A stretch of 64,000 nt of DNA, taken from positions 608,001-672,000 of the forward strand of contig BK006936.2 of assembly GCA_000146045.2 (NCBI GenBank), read 5' to 3'. Positions 24,254 to 34,730 of the stretch are shown one piece after another (the stretch's first letter is position 1; every line of letters begins with the position of its first letter). The notes beneath the pieces were generated by a model. It was not told the DNA's origin and searched no databases. It saw only the letters and a list, made by a program, of their open reading frames with translations. Source of the stretch: TPA_inf: Saccharomyces (lineage: Eukaryota). A program made the translations under genes and the position numbers.

Positions 24254-25381
24254 CTACAATTTGGAATTATCAATCACCTCTCGTTGAAAGTTTTCACACA
24301 CCAATTCTGGACGGTCGAAGCATAAATTATGAGAACAGTCAGGTAAAATAATCACTTTACGAAGACATTCTTTATTTATAGTTTGTTTGTAAAATTCCAA
24401 ATTTTCAATAGGAGCTATAGGATCTTTTTCAGCGCCAAATATTATAATTTTCTGTTTCATATCCGTTTGCGTCAATACACCATTGAATTTAACCCAATCA
24501 ACAGTTTCCCATCCTAGTAAATAACCTATGATGGTTCTACTTTTGTTGCTTATGTTGTTTTTAAATTGCCAGAACTTCCTGTATTTCAACTTGACATCAT
24601 CACCTTGTTGATAAAAATACTGCTTGATGCCGGAACTTTGTAGACCTTTTACCTGATCGAATTTGTTTCTATAAACGTCAAATAGCCATGGCAATTTAAA
24701 CACACCATAGAGAGCCCACTGGATAATATGTTTATCCTTAGAAAGCTGCTCGATATGTGCTTTGGGGGGCGTCAACAAAACTAGCGTTTGTACCGCTTTT
24801 GTATCAGCCATGTGCTGCTCGTAAAGATGACATGCCAGAAAACAACCCATAGAATGCCCTACAAGCACTATCTTATGACCGTTAAATGGATTTACGTTAT
24901 CATTATTCGGCACCGCTGTAGACCATTTTCTTAAGACGTCACATACAAGAACGAAAATAAGTTCCACCACTTTCAGCATGGGGTAGTCGCTCCATTCTGA
25001 ACTATGACCAAAGCCGGGCAGATCTAACGTCAAAAATGCCTTTTGATCAGAGTCCACAAGCTCGAGTAAGGGTTCAAATTGTTCTAAGTTGCCAGCCAAC
25101 CCAGGCACGAAGACGAAAACAGTATCACCCCGTATCCCTTTATCGCTCAAGTTGTGACACGTCCTTATTCTTGAATTTCGATCCGATAGTTGTACATTAA
25201 AAAACTCCTCATGTTCTGCGATAAACTTCAACCTAAAGTCCAAATCTACCTCTGGTTTGCGAATGTAAGCTACCAAATCAGCTGCATTTTCTGCATTTTG
25301 AACAATCTCTTCTAGCGTCTTTCCAGAAAGGGGCTCACAGGACCAACTTTTTGTTGCTTCTGCACGTTCTGCCATATTCAT
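24254..25381 (-). CDS. LDH1: alpha/beta hydrolase (lipid droplet hydrolase) of 375 aa with GHSMG nucleophile elbow and C-terminal SKL
   Basis: The internal ATG at 25379-25381 (MNMAERAE...) gives 375 aa. It has the GXSXG motif VLVGHSMGCFLA, and the C-terminus ...VIDNSKL is a PTS1-type tripeptide. Confidence 0.82.
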   Translation of the reverse strand: MNMAERAEATKSWSCEPLSGKTLEEIVQNAENAADLVAYIRKPEVDLDFRLKFIAEHEEFFNVQLSDRNSRIRTCHNLSDKGIRGDTVFVFVPGLAGNLEQFEPLLELVDSDQKAFLTLDLPGFGHSSEWSDYPMLKVVELIFVLVCDVLRKWSTAVPNNDNVNPFNGHKIVLVGHSMGCFLACHLYEQHMADTKAVQTLVLLTPPKAHIEQLSKDKHIIQWALYGVFKLPWLFDVYRNKFDQVKGLQSSGIKQYFYQQGDDVKLKYRKFWQFKNNISNKSRTIIGYLLGWETVDWVKFNGVLTQTDMKQKIIIFGAEKDPIAPIENLEFYKQTINKECLRKVIILPDCSHNLCFDRPELVCENFQREVIDNSKL

Positions 25382-25621
25382 TACCAAGAGAAAAAGTTCT
25401 CGGTTTAAGGCTTTCTTCTAACGTTGAGTTACGATCCAAATGCGACTGTACCATCTTGGTAGTTCTTTATTAATGAACCCTTTAAAATTGCCGGGTTAAA
25501 AGAATGGCGCGTCCTCTTGAAACTTTTCGAAGAAAACAACGTAACTGATGGTTAAAATTTGCATAAAGAAGGTCAGGCCTCGTCTGCGGACAACAACACT
25601 ATCAATATCCAGCGTGCAATT

Positions 25622-26836
25622 ATGTCTGTGCACCACAAAAAGAAGCTAATGCCCAAATCGGCATTGCTGATTAGAAAATACCAAAAGGGAATCAGATCAT
25701 CATTCATTGGGCTCATCATAGTGTTATCCTTTTTATTTTTCATGAGTGGCTCAAGGTCCCCAGAGGTACCAATAGCTCAGGGCACCAGTGTCAGTCGTGT
25801 AGCCAGTAAGGATTATTTGATGCCGTTTACTGACAAGTCACAAGGAGTAATCCATCCCGTGGACGATGGAAAGAAGGAAAAGGGTGTTATGGTCACATTG
25901 GCCAGGAATTCAGATTTATGGAACTTGGTAAAATCTATTAGACATGTTGAAGACAGGTTCAATAACAGATATCACTACGATTGGGTGTTCTTGAATGACC
26001 AACCATTTAGTGATGAGTTTAAACGTGTTACCAGTGCATTGGTTTCAGGCAAGGCAAAATATGGGACAATCCCAAAGGACCATTGGTCCATTCCATCTTG
26101 GATCGATACTGAAAAATTCGATGAGAAAAGGCTTGCAATGGGAAAATTGGATATTCCATATGGTAGTTCCGTGCCTTACCGTCACATGTGCCGTTTCCAG
26201 TCAGGGTTCATATGGAGACACCCACTACTGGAGGAGTACGAATGGTTTTGGAGAGTGGATACCGATATCACTTTATTCTGTGATATTCAGTATGACATAT
26301 TCAAGTTTTTAAAAGTAAATAACAAGAAATATGGATTCATTCTTTCGGTAAGTGAATATGAGCGCACAATCCCAACCTTGTGGGAAACGACAAAGAAATT
26401 CATCAAGAAAAATCCTAAATTCTTACACAAAAATAACCTCATGAAATTCATTTCGAATGATGATGGTGACACTTATAATATGTGTCATTTCTGGACCAAC
26501 TTCGAAATCGGCTCTTTAGACTTCTTCAGGTCCGATGCATACAGAGAATACTTTGATTACTTAGACAGTTCTGGTGGATTCTTCTACGAAAGATGGGGGG
26601 ATGCGCCAGTGCACTCCATCGCTGCCTCTTTGTTCTTGGACAAGTCAGAAATCCATTTCTTTGACGGTCTTGGATTCCATCATCCAGATTTCACCTCTTG
26701 TCCTATCGAACAGAAGATTAGACTACAAAACAAGTGTATCTGCGAACCTAGCAAGGACGTCACCTGGACTCCTGACTACTTCTGTACTAGAAAGTACTTT
26801 TCAGCAGGAAATTACAAGCTTCCACCAGGAATTTAA
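25622..26836 (+). CDS. KTR3: KRE2/MNT1-family alpha-1,2-mannosyltransferase (404 aa), paralogue of KTR4
   Basis: The track ORF starts at a TTG at 25559. The ATG at 25622 (MSVHHKKKLMPK...) gives 404 aa with a TM anchor (FIGLIIVLSFLFF) and the Ktr catalytic motifs YRHMCRFQS, HFWTNFEIGS and YERWGDAPV. Confidence 0.85.
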   Translation: MSVHHKKKLMPKSALLIRKYQKGIRSSFIGLIIVLSFLFFMSGSRSPEVPIAQGTSVSRVASKDYLMPFTDKSQGVIHPVDDGKKEKGVMVTLARNSDLWNLVKSIRHVEDRFNNRYHYDWVFLNDQPFSDEFKRVTSALVSGKAKYGTIPKDHWSIPSWIDTEKFDEKRLAMGKLDIPYGSSVPYRHMCRFQSGFIWRHPLLEEYEWFWRVDTDITLFCDIQYDIFKFLKVNNKKYGFILSVSEYERTIPTLWETTKKFIKKNPKFLHKNNLMKFISNDDGDTYNMCHFWTNFEIGSLDFFRSDAYREYFDYLDSSGGFFYERWGDAPVHSIAASLFLDKSEIHFFDGLGFHHPDFTSCPIEQKIRLQNKCICEPSKDVTWTPDYFCTRKYFSAGNYKLPPGI

Positions 26837-27145
26837 AAACCAAACTACAAATAGCGCCTGCTCCGTCAAAACAGGTGCTAAAACGTCAACATGTATCTAT
26901 CTATATACACATAATTCAATGTAGTAGCCACCTCACTTTATTCTAGTGCCTTCTTGGGTTCAAAAATGGGTGCGGTGCGGCCGGAGATGAAGAGAGAAAA
27001 GCAAAATTGTATCTAAACCAGCCTACAAAAACACAAACTTGATATTATAAAGAATCAAGCATCTTACTGAACTTTTGTCCTCTACAGAAAAGCGAAAAAA
27101 CTCTAAGAATAGAGAACTAGAGTGGTGTTCATATTTCTAGTCACC

Positions 27146-28543
27146 ATGGCGTTTGAGGATTATTTTTCTTTCCAGATATTCTTCATTTTCTTAAGGGAAT
27201 CCTTAGAAATTGTTGTCATTGTTTCTATCCTGTTGACGATCGTCAAACAAGGTCTGTCTGTTGAGGACGACAGCCCGTTTGAAGGAAGTTCCTCTTCTGC
27301 TGGTCTTCCAAGTCCAAATACGAACACAAACGCAGATTCGACCACTGCCTTCTTACAAGCAGGGCCTTCAGACGGTAATGCTATTGGAACGTCCGCTACG
27401 GCTGCTAATAATAAATCGAGGCCGCTAAATGTGGAGGAAGAAGAAGAAATTTACGAGTACTCTAATGAGCTTAGAGACCAGGACCGCGAGTCCGATGAAC
27501 ATACGGCTGACAACGTTAAGCTATATCAGAAATTAAAAATACAAATTCTAGCGGGCGGCGCATTTGGTTTGTTGCTGTGTATGTTAATCGGGGGTGCGTT
27601 TGTTAGTATCTTTTATCATATTGGAACCGACTTATGGACACTGAGTGAACATTATTATGAAGGTGTCTTAAGTCTTGTCGCGTCCGTTATTATTTCTGTC
27701 ATGGGGTTGTTTTTTTTAAGAATGGGGAAGTTAAGAGAGAAGTTCAGAGTGAAATTAGCTTCTATCATTTATTCAAAGGACAATAATTTGCTGGGAAACA
27801 AAACCCAAAAAGGTGTGAAATTCAGTGAAAAGTACTCCTTCTTCATATTACCATTTATAACGACTTTGAGAGAAGGGTTAGAAGCTGTTGTATTCATTGG
27901 AGGTATCGGTATTGACCAACCACTATCCTCGATTCCCCTCTCTATGGTCCTTGCTACTGCAATCAGTACGGTGTTCGGTATTTTTTTCTTCAGGTACTCA
28001 AGTTCTCTTTCACTTAAGATATGCCTTGTAGTCGCCACCTGCTTCCTCTACTTGATCGCGGCTGGTTTGTTTTCCAAAGGTGTATGGCAACTTGAATTGC
28101 AAGACTACGTCAACAAATGTAACGGTCAAGACATGAGTGAAGTAGGAAATGGACCCGGTTCGTACGACATATCTCGTTCTGTTTGGCATGTTAATTGTTG
28201 CAATGGTGAAAAAGATGGAGGTTGGATGATTTTTACTGCCATTTTTGGTTGGACGAATAGTGCTACCGTCGGCTCTGTAATTAGCTACAACGCCTACTGG
28301 TTGGTATTAATATGCGCTTTGAAACTGCTAATGATAGAAGAAAAATACGGATATATCCCATATCTACCTATTAGCTGGCAAAAGAAACGTATTATGAAAA
28401 GATTAAGCATTGCCAAGGCATCGCTCGATCTCAAACATCATACTTCTGAACTCAACTCTAGCACATCAGAGCCAGACAGTCAAAGACGGTCCAAAGATAG
28501 TTCTGTGCCCCTAATAATTGATAGCAGTGGTTCAGCAAATTGA
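27146..28543 (+). CDS. FTH1: FTR1-family iron permease homologue (vacuolar, partner of Fet5), 465 aa
   Basis: The ATG at 27146 (MAFEDYF...) gives 465 aa. Two REXLE iron-permease motifs (RESLE, REGLE) sit in TM segments. Confidence 0.85.
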   Translation: MAFEDYFSFQIFFIFLRESLEIVVIVSILLTIVKQGLSVEDDSPFEGSSSSAGLPSPNTNTNADSTTAFLQAGPSDGNAIGTSATAANNKSRPLNVEEEEEIYEYSNELRDQDRESDEHTADNVKLYQKLKIQILAGGAFGLLLCMLIGGAFVSIFYHIGTDLWTLSEHYYEGVLSLVASVIISVMGLFFLRMGKLREKFRVKLASIIYSKDNNLLGNKTQKGVKFSEKYSFFILPFITTLREGLEAVVFIGGIGIDQPLSSIPLSMVLATAISTVFGIFFFRYSSSLSLKICLVVATCFLYLIAAGLFSKGVWQLELQDYVNKCNGQDMSEVGNGPGSYDISRSVWHVNCCNGEKDGGWMIFTAIFGWTNSATVGSVISYNAYWLVLICALKLLMIEEKYGYIPYLPISWQKKRIMKRLSIAKASLDLKHHTSELNSSTSEPDSQRRSKDSSVPLIIDSSGSAN

Positions 28544-28702
28544 GAACATAACAAACACACGTAATAATTTTAAGCTTCTTTTCATACATTTTACAGTAAA
28601 TACTATGTACATATATATTCGTCATTAAAAATAGCTAGAAAAAGGCATGCTATAAAGACTAAATGAGTGCTCCTTTGATTTTAGATGCCAACAAAAGGTA
28701 AT

Positions 28703-31700
28703 TCATGCCAATGTCTCTATGACGGCCACTATGTCACCAGAATCAACCATATCACCATTGCCATGGCAAATCTTGATAATCTTACCCGATTTAGGAGCGG
28801 ATATAATCATTTCCGCTTTCATGGCTTCAATAATTAGTAGCCCTTGACCTGCTTCAATAACATCTCCAACAGATGCTATGGATTTCCAAAAACGCCCAGA
28901 ATACTCAGAATATACAATTTCTGCACCTTCTGGGAAGTCTTCTTCCTCGTCAGGTTTGACTGTGACACTTTCTTTTAGTTCAGAGTTTGCATTTTGAATC
29001 AATTTGGCAAATTCCTCTGCTCTTTCACCAAGCTGGCCCTCCTGGAATGCTGTGATGGAATCTTTGTTTGCGTTGATCCATCTCAAGTATTCTTGATGAT
29101 CAAAAACACTCTTTTCGATATTGACTTTATAAACACCATTATCACAATCTTCAGTCATTTTATCCAAATCTTCTTCAGAAACTGGGTAAAATTCGACTTG
29201 GTCAAATGGGTTCATCAACCACGGAACCTCAGAAGATGCGGCCAGACATAGTTTGTCCCAAATTGGTATTGTTCTACCCACTAATTGGTACCCACCAGGA
29301 CTGTTAGCAGCATATATGCACATATACATACCGCCAATACCGACTGCACCTCTTTCTGTATATGTTCTACTTGGGTTGTACTTGCTTCCCAAAAATCTGT
29401 GACGAGGATCTAATGGAACAGCACAAGGCGACCCTAGGAAGACATCACCTAAACCTAAAACCATAAATCTGGCAGAATACAACATATCATAAACTTCATT
29501 CCTTGAAATTCCATTTACATTGGCAATGAAATCAACGTTATTTGGCAACCATGGAGCAGACGAACGAATTGTTTCTTGATACCTTTGAACACATGCCAAA
29601 GTCTTCGAGTCTTCGAAAGCCATCGGTAATCTTATTATATTAGAAGTTATCTTCCAATTTTCATCAAACTGGATTTCTGTTTCATATGCCACCAATACTT
29701 TAAGCAATTCTTTTTGAGTGACTTTGTAACCATCAAATTCTATCAATACAGATCTAACACCTTGGGACATTTCAACAATACCAATAGTCTTATTCTTTTT
29801 CACAAGGGAGATCAGGCATTCAATTCTATAGGAAATATTAAAATTCATTTCATTATCACCGTATTCCACCAAAACATAACGATCACCTGCTTGTCTGTAT
29901 ACAACCTTTGGTGAAAGCTCATTCACTTTTTCCATTTGTGCAAGAATAGGCGTTTCGAATGATGGTAAAATTGAAACAGAGTCTAAGCGCCTTAACTTAG
30001 TACCATCCAATGATTTAATTGCAACATCCTGAGATTCCTTTAAGGATCTCGAGCTTTCGTAAGAAAGTGGCACAAACTGAATGGAATCACCGGGTTTAAC
30101 CTGTCCAACCTTCCACAGTTCTGCTTCTGGGACAACAGCTTGACACACAAAACCACCTAAGGAAGGACCATCGCAAGTAATAATAACTGGCTCATCACCC
30201 GTGAAATTAATTGCACCCAGAGAATAAACGTAATCGTGAGTGTTTGAAGGATGCATACCACCTTCACCACCATTACTTCTTGCCCACTTAGGTTTAGGTC
30301 CAATCAAACGGACACCAAATCTATTGGAGTTGTAATGAACCTTCCACTTCTCACTGAAAAATTCTTCGATGGACTCAGGTTTAAAAAAATCTGGAGACCC
30401 ATGGGGACCACATGTTACACCAATTCTCCATTCCTTAGTTTCGGAAATTTGAGGAATTAATGATTGAGGAATATTCTGTGGAAGGCACTCAACTGATTTA
30501 TTTTCTTCATTGCTTGGTAAGAATAGTACGTCTCCAAGTTTTAGCACCCTTCCATTGTATCCACCGACATTTCCTAGAGTGAAAGTAGAATAAGAGCCCA
30601 AGTATTTAGGCACATCAATGCCACCCCTGATACCTAAGTATGCTCTACAGCCGCTTGTCAACTTGCCAATGGATAAAGTAGATCCCCTCTTAACTTCGAC
30701 CGGTTTGTGTTGGGGAATTTCTTGGCCGTCTAATGTACATAGAGCGGTACCACCAGTAATGGCAATGACAGTTTCACAATGGAAAACGATGGATGGACCA
30801 GTCAACGTTACTTCAATGGCAGGAGTCCTGTAGTCATTACCAACAATTCTGTTCGCCAATCTAAACGAATATGCGTCCATTGGACCAGAGGGCGGAACAC
30901 CAATTCTCCAGTACCCAACTCTACCGGGGTAATCCTGAATACTAGTGTGTGCACCGGGCAAAGTAATTTCGATGGCGGTAGGCTCATATTGATAAGAGTT
31001 CAAAATGTTTGTAGAAACTTTTGCTTTAGCAAAGAAATCACTGGTAATGATAGACTTCAGGTAGTCAATGTTAGTAATACATCCGTAAACTTTTGTTTCT
31101 TCTAACGCTTGATTTAACTTGGAAATTGCATCATCACGGTCTTTCCCATGAACGATAATTTTGGCCAATGTTGGATCATATTCGGGAGAAATATTAGTAC
31201 CTTTCTTAACCCAAGTATCCACTCTTGCCCAATCAGGAAATTTCACATCGACAAGTAAACCTGGAGAAGGTCTGAAATTTTTCAATGGATTTTCAGCATA
31301 TAAACGTGCCTCCATTGAAACCCCATTGACTTCTACCTTTGTAGAATCAAAATCAGGTGCATCATTAGCGGCAATCCTGATCATCCACTCGACCAAGTCT
31401 AACCCTGTAACCATTTCTGTTATTGGATGTTCAACTTGTAATCTTGTATTAACTTCTAAAAAGTAAAACTCGTCCTTTTTCTCATCGTAAATAAATTCAA
31501 CCGTACCAGCACACTTGTAATTCAATAAAGATCCCAAACTTTCAGCTGCCTTTCTTAACGCCAACCTCGTCTTTTCTGGCAAATTTGGTGCAGGAGTTTC
31601 TTCGATAACTTTTTGGTTACGACGCTGTAAAGAACAATCACGTTCGCCCAAAGCAATGGCCTTACCAAAACCATCTCCCATAAGTTGGACTTCAACATGC

Positions 31701-34210
31701 CTGGCATTTTCGATAAACCGTTCCAGAAATACACCAGCGTCACCGAAAAATGTTTCACCTTGATGTTTCACAGTCTCAAAAATATGCTCGATGTCCTCTT
31801 CAGAATCGACTTTCTGCAAACCAATACCACCGCCACCAGCAGTTGACTTCACCATAACTGGGTATTCCAATTCCGCTGCGACTTTCTTAGCCTCTTCAAC
31901 TGATGTGATAAGCAAAGAGCCTGGCACTAGAGGAACGCCAGCCTTCTGTGCAATCTGTCTAGCAGAATGTTTTAACCCTAAACCTCTGATAATATCTCCC
32001 GAAGGACCAACAAAGGTAATGCCAGCACTGGTGCACGCATCAGAAAAATCCGCATTTTCCGACAAGAAACCATAACCAGGAATAATGGCCTGTGCATTAG
32101 TTTGCTTAGCGGCATCTATGATCTTATTCATGTCTAAATAAGTTTGGGCTGCGGTTGTGCCATGAAGGGGTACAGAAACATCTGCATCAGTAACGTGTTG
32201 AGAATATTTATCAGGGTCGGAATAAACTGCAACTGATCTAATACCCAATTTTTTTAATGTCTTGATAATACGAACGGCAATTTCACCTCTATTGGCAATT
32301 AACACGGTATCAAATAACTTCTTCTTTTGGGACTCTTTTTTCTTCAACATTTCAAAATATGCTCTAAATCCACCATACTTTGTGATATCAACTGTACCTT
32401 TGGCTTTGTAACCAGATTCTTCACAAATAAAGGATTTGATCCATTCACCAGATTCTAACTCCACTGAACCTATTCCTAATGGTTCAGGAACCATGGAAAT
32501 AAAAGCACCGAACAGTTCTTTTGGAACACTGTACACTTCTAATTCGATTTGAGAGCCATTGCTATCTTGAACTCTTCTCAAACCAGGTTTTAAAACTGGT
32601 CCATTTTTGGGCAAAGCAAAAAGCTGGTAAGCTTTTGATGTTTTTGTTGTACATAAATATGTTGCATTGACCTTTTCCAATTGCCAATGTAGAGGCAGAC
32701 CCTTAAGATGTGCACCGACAACAGCCAATTTTATGGACGTAGATGGGTCATAGTCTGGTCCCACTAATTGATCGTTTGCTGGCTTTACTGAAGAAGAGGT
32801 AAAAGTACCGTATGTTCTGGAACCGTTGGGGAATATATTTTGGAAATAGCGGTTAGCCAACTCTAATAGTGCGTAATCTGTGAATTTTTTACCGATTAAA
32901 GTAATACCATTTGGCAAACCATCGTCTCGGAACCCTGCGGGAACAGCAAGGGCTGCCAAATCTGCCAAGTTGACAAAATTAGTCCATGTGCCTTGTCTTG
33001 AATTGACTAGGACTGGTTCATCCGCAACTTGTTGCATAGTAGGATTTAAAGGACATGTGGGCACACACAATACATCGACTGATTCGAGAAGTCGTCTCAC
33101 TTTTTGCAAGATGCCTTGTCTTTTGTATTCAAAACTGAAGCAGTCTACTGCACTGTATTTCTTGGCCCCTTCTATAATTGAAATAACAGTAGGGTCCAAA
33201 GATTCCTTTGGTGGTTTACTGTCCAAAAACGATTGAATAGCTTGATAACGCTCGGCCACCCAAGTACCTTCGTATAAACAGCGAGCTAACTCTAAAAGAG
33301 GCTCAAAATCAATTTCTATGACGTTAGCGCCCGTTCTTGATAGATTTTCGACAGCATTGGAAAACAGTACAGGATTCTTGGTTTCACCATACCATGGGAT
33401 ATTTTTAGGAATAGCAATCGTTACATTGCTTGAAAATTTTTTCAAAGGGTTGGAAACATAGGGTCTAGAATATTCATCATTATCAGGATCTGGCTGGCAC
33501 ATGATGCGGAAGCAGCGTTCAGCATCACTTAGGTTTAATGCAAAGATGGAGACGCAGTCTAAAGATTTACAAGCGGGAACTACACCTTGACAGGAAAAGA
33601 CGCCCTTTGTTGGCTTTAGGCCAATCAGGTTGTTCAAGGCGGCTGGGACTCTACCAGAACCTGCTGTATCAGTACCCAATGCAATTGGTACGATACCTCT
33701 GGCGACCACCGATGCTGACCCAGCGGAGGAACCACCAGATACATGCTCTTTGCTAAAAGCGCAAGGTGTTTTCCCATATGGAGACCGTGTGCCGACTAAT
33801 CCTGTGGCAAATTGGTCCAAGTTTGTCTTACCCACGATTATCGCACCTGCATTTCTTAGTAGTTCTACTACTTTAGAGTCTTTGGAAGGCTCATATGCAA
33901 AGGATGGACATGCAGCGGTGGTGGGTAGACCTCTAACGTCGATGTTGTCCTTAACAGCAATAGGGACACCGTAGAGAGGTAGAGTTTCTTTATTTTCTCT
34001 GCTCTTTAAAATTTGGAATTGGTGCAGTAAATTTTCCTTTGAAATTAGCGATATCCACGCATTATCGACTGGCGCAACATTTTGAGAGTCTAGTAGTGAT
34101 TCAAGAAGCCTTAGTGAAGCCTGGGAGCTTGATGACTTGTGGAAATCAATCCAGTCTTGGATTGACCAACCTAACGATATTTCAGCAGTTGTATCGGAAC
34201 TAACTGTCAT
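28703..34210 (-). CDS. DUR1,2: Urea amidolyase (1835 aa): N-terminal allophanate hydrolase (amidase signature) + biotin carboxylase/urea carboxylase + C-terminal biotinyl (EAMKAE) domain
   Basis: This single 1835-aa ORF starts MTVSSDTTAEISLGWS. The amidase-signature Gly/Ser-rich region, the ATP-grasp biotin carboxylase motifs and the biotinylation motif IEAMKAEM near the C-terminus are all visible. Confidence 0.95.
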   Translation of the reverse strand: MTVSSDTTAEISLGWSIQDWIDFHKSSSSQASLRLLESLLDSQNVAPVDNAWISLISKENLLHQFQILKSRENKETLPLYGVPIAVKDNIDVRGLPTTAACPSFAYEPSKDSKVVELLRNAGAIIVGKTNLDQFATGLVGTRSPYGKTPCAFSKEHVSGGSSAGSASVVARGIVPIALGTDTAGSGRVPAALNNLIGLKPTKGVFSCQGVVPACKSLDCVSIFALNLSDAERCFRIMCQPDPDNDEYSRPYVSNPLKKFSSNVTIAIPKNIPWYGETKNPVLFSNAVENLSRTGANVIEIDFEPLLELARCLYEGTWVAERYQAIQSFLDSKPPKESLDPTVISIIEGAKKYSAVDCFSFEYKRQGILQKVRRLLESVDVLCVPTCPLNPTMQQVADEPVLVNSRQGTWTNFVNLADLAALAVPAGFRDDGLPNGITLIGKKFTDYALLELANRYFQNIFPNGSRTYGTFTSSSVKPANDQLVGPDYDPSTSIKLAVVGAHLKGLPLHWQLEKVNATYLCTTKTSKAYQLFALPKNGPVLKPGLRRVQDSNGSQIELEVYSVPKELFGAFISMVPEPLGIGSVELESGEWIKSFICEESGYKAKGTVDITKYGGFRAYFEMLKKKESQKKKLFDTVLIANRGEIAVRIIKTLKKLGIRSVAVYSDPDKYSQHVTDADVSVPLHGTTAAQTYLDMNKIIDAAKQTNAQAIIPGYGFLSENADFSDACTSAGITFVGPSGDIIRGLGLKHSARQIAQKAGVPLVPGSLLITSVEEAKKVAAELEYPVMVKSTAGGGGIGLQKVDSEEDIEHIFETVKHQGETFFGDAGVFLERFIENARHVEVQLMGDGFGKAIALGERDCSLQRRNQKVIEETPAPNLPEKTRLALRKAAESLGSLLNYKCAGTVEFIYDEKKDEFYFLEVNTRLQVEHPITEMVTGLDLVEWMIRIAANDAPDFDSTKVEVNGVSMEARLYAENPLKNFRPSPGLLVDVKFPDWARVDTWVKKGTNISPEYDPTLAKIIVHGKDRDDAISKLNQALEETKVYGCITNIDYLKSIITSDFFAKAKVSTNILNSYQYEPTAIEITLPGAHTSIQDYPGRVGYWRIGVPPSGPMDAYSFRLANRIVGNDYRTPAIEVTLTGPSIVFHCETVIAITGGTALCTLDGQEIPQHKPVEVKRGSTLSIGKLTSGCRAYLGIRGGIDVPKYLGSYSTFTLGNVGGYNGRVLKLGDVLFLPSNEENKSVECLPQNIPQSLIPQISETKEWRIGVTCGPHGSPDFFKPESIEEFFSEKWKVHYNSNRFGVRLIGPKPKWARSNGGEGGMHPSNTHDYVYSLGAINFTGDEPVIITCDGPSLGGFVCQAVVPEAELWKVGQVKPGDSIQFVPLSYESSRSLKESQDVAIKSLDGTKLRRLDSVSILPSFETPILAQMEKVNELSPKVVYRQAGDRYVLVEYGDNEMNFNISYRIECLISLVKKNKTIGIVEMSQGVRSVLIEFDGYKVTQKELLKVLVAYETEIQFDENWKITSNIIRLPMAFEDSKTLACVQRYQETIRSSAPWLPNNVDFIANVNGISRNEVYDMLYSARFMVLGLGDVFLGSPCAVPLDPRHRFLGSKYNPSRTYTERGAVGIGGMYMCIYAANSPGGYQLVGRTIPIWDKLCLAASSEVPWLMNPFDQVEFYPVSEEDLDKMTEDCDNGVYKVNIEKSVFDHQEYLRWINANKDSITAFQEGQLGERAEEFAKLIQNANSELKESVTVKPDEEEDFPEGAEIVYSEYSGRFWKSIASVGDVIEAGQGLLIIEAMKAEMIISAPKSGKIIKICHGNGDMVDSGDIVAVIETLA

Positions 34211-34679
34211 TTTTTAATCAAAACTGAAATTTATTGTGACTATAAAAAAGATATTTCTATTTTTTATCTTTTATATTAATGTAAATTGAAATTTGGTGTA
34301 TATCAGCTGCTCCACTGATATATTAATATAAGCTTATAAAAACTTGAGCCTATATGATCCTAGAAAAAAAAAGCTTAGCTAAGAGAGCCTGATATTCAGA
34401 AGTGAGCGAGTATACAAATCTCACACCTCATCTGCTCTAGTGTTTAAATACAAACATTCAATTTCCAACAACGTCTAACAAAGCTCGATTCAAATTAAGA
34501 AGCAGGAAAAAGCAAAACATCTGCGTGTCTTATCTCAATGGCTTGCGCTAACTGCGAACAGAGTGCCCTATGAAATAGGGGAATGAACGCATATTGGTTT
34601 CATTATAGAGCGTCAATCAAGAAAGAGGCACCAAACTATAAACGCACATTTCTCGGTAGGGCTAGGAACGCTTTCCTGC

Positions 34680-34730
34680 TTATCTTATCTGAAGCTTATT
34701 TATTGTTCGTTTTTTTATCTTATCTGATAA
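34680..34730. promoter_or_regulatory. Cluster of five GATA core motifs (TTATC x4, GATAAG x1), putative UAS-NTR of DUR1,2
   Basis: Read directly: cttatcttatctgaagc...tttttatcttatctgataagggg. Further TTATC copies lie at 34264, 34530 and 34881. DUR1,2 is a classical Gln3/Gat1-regulated gene. Confidence 0.55.

Noticed and set aside
25995-26312. 105-aa alternate-frame ORF inside KTR3 (dubious YBR206W-like)
   Set aside because: It is completely embedded in the KTR3 coding sequence in another frame, with no features of its own.
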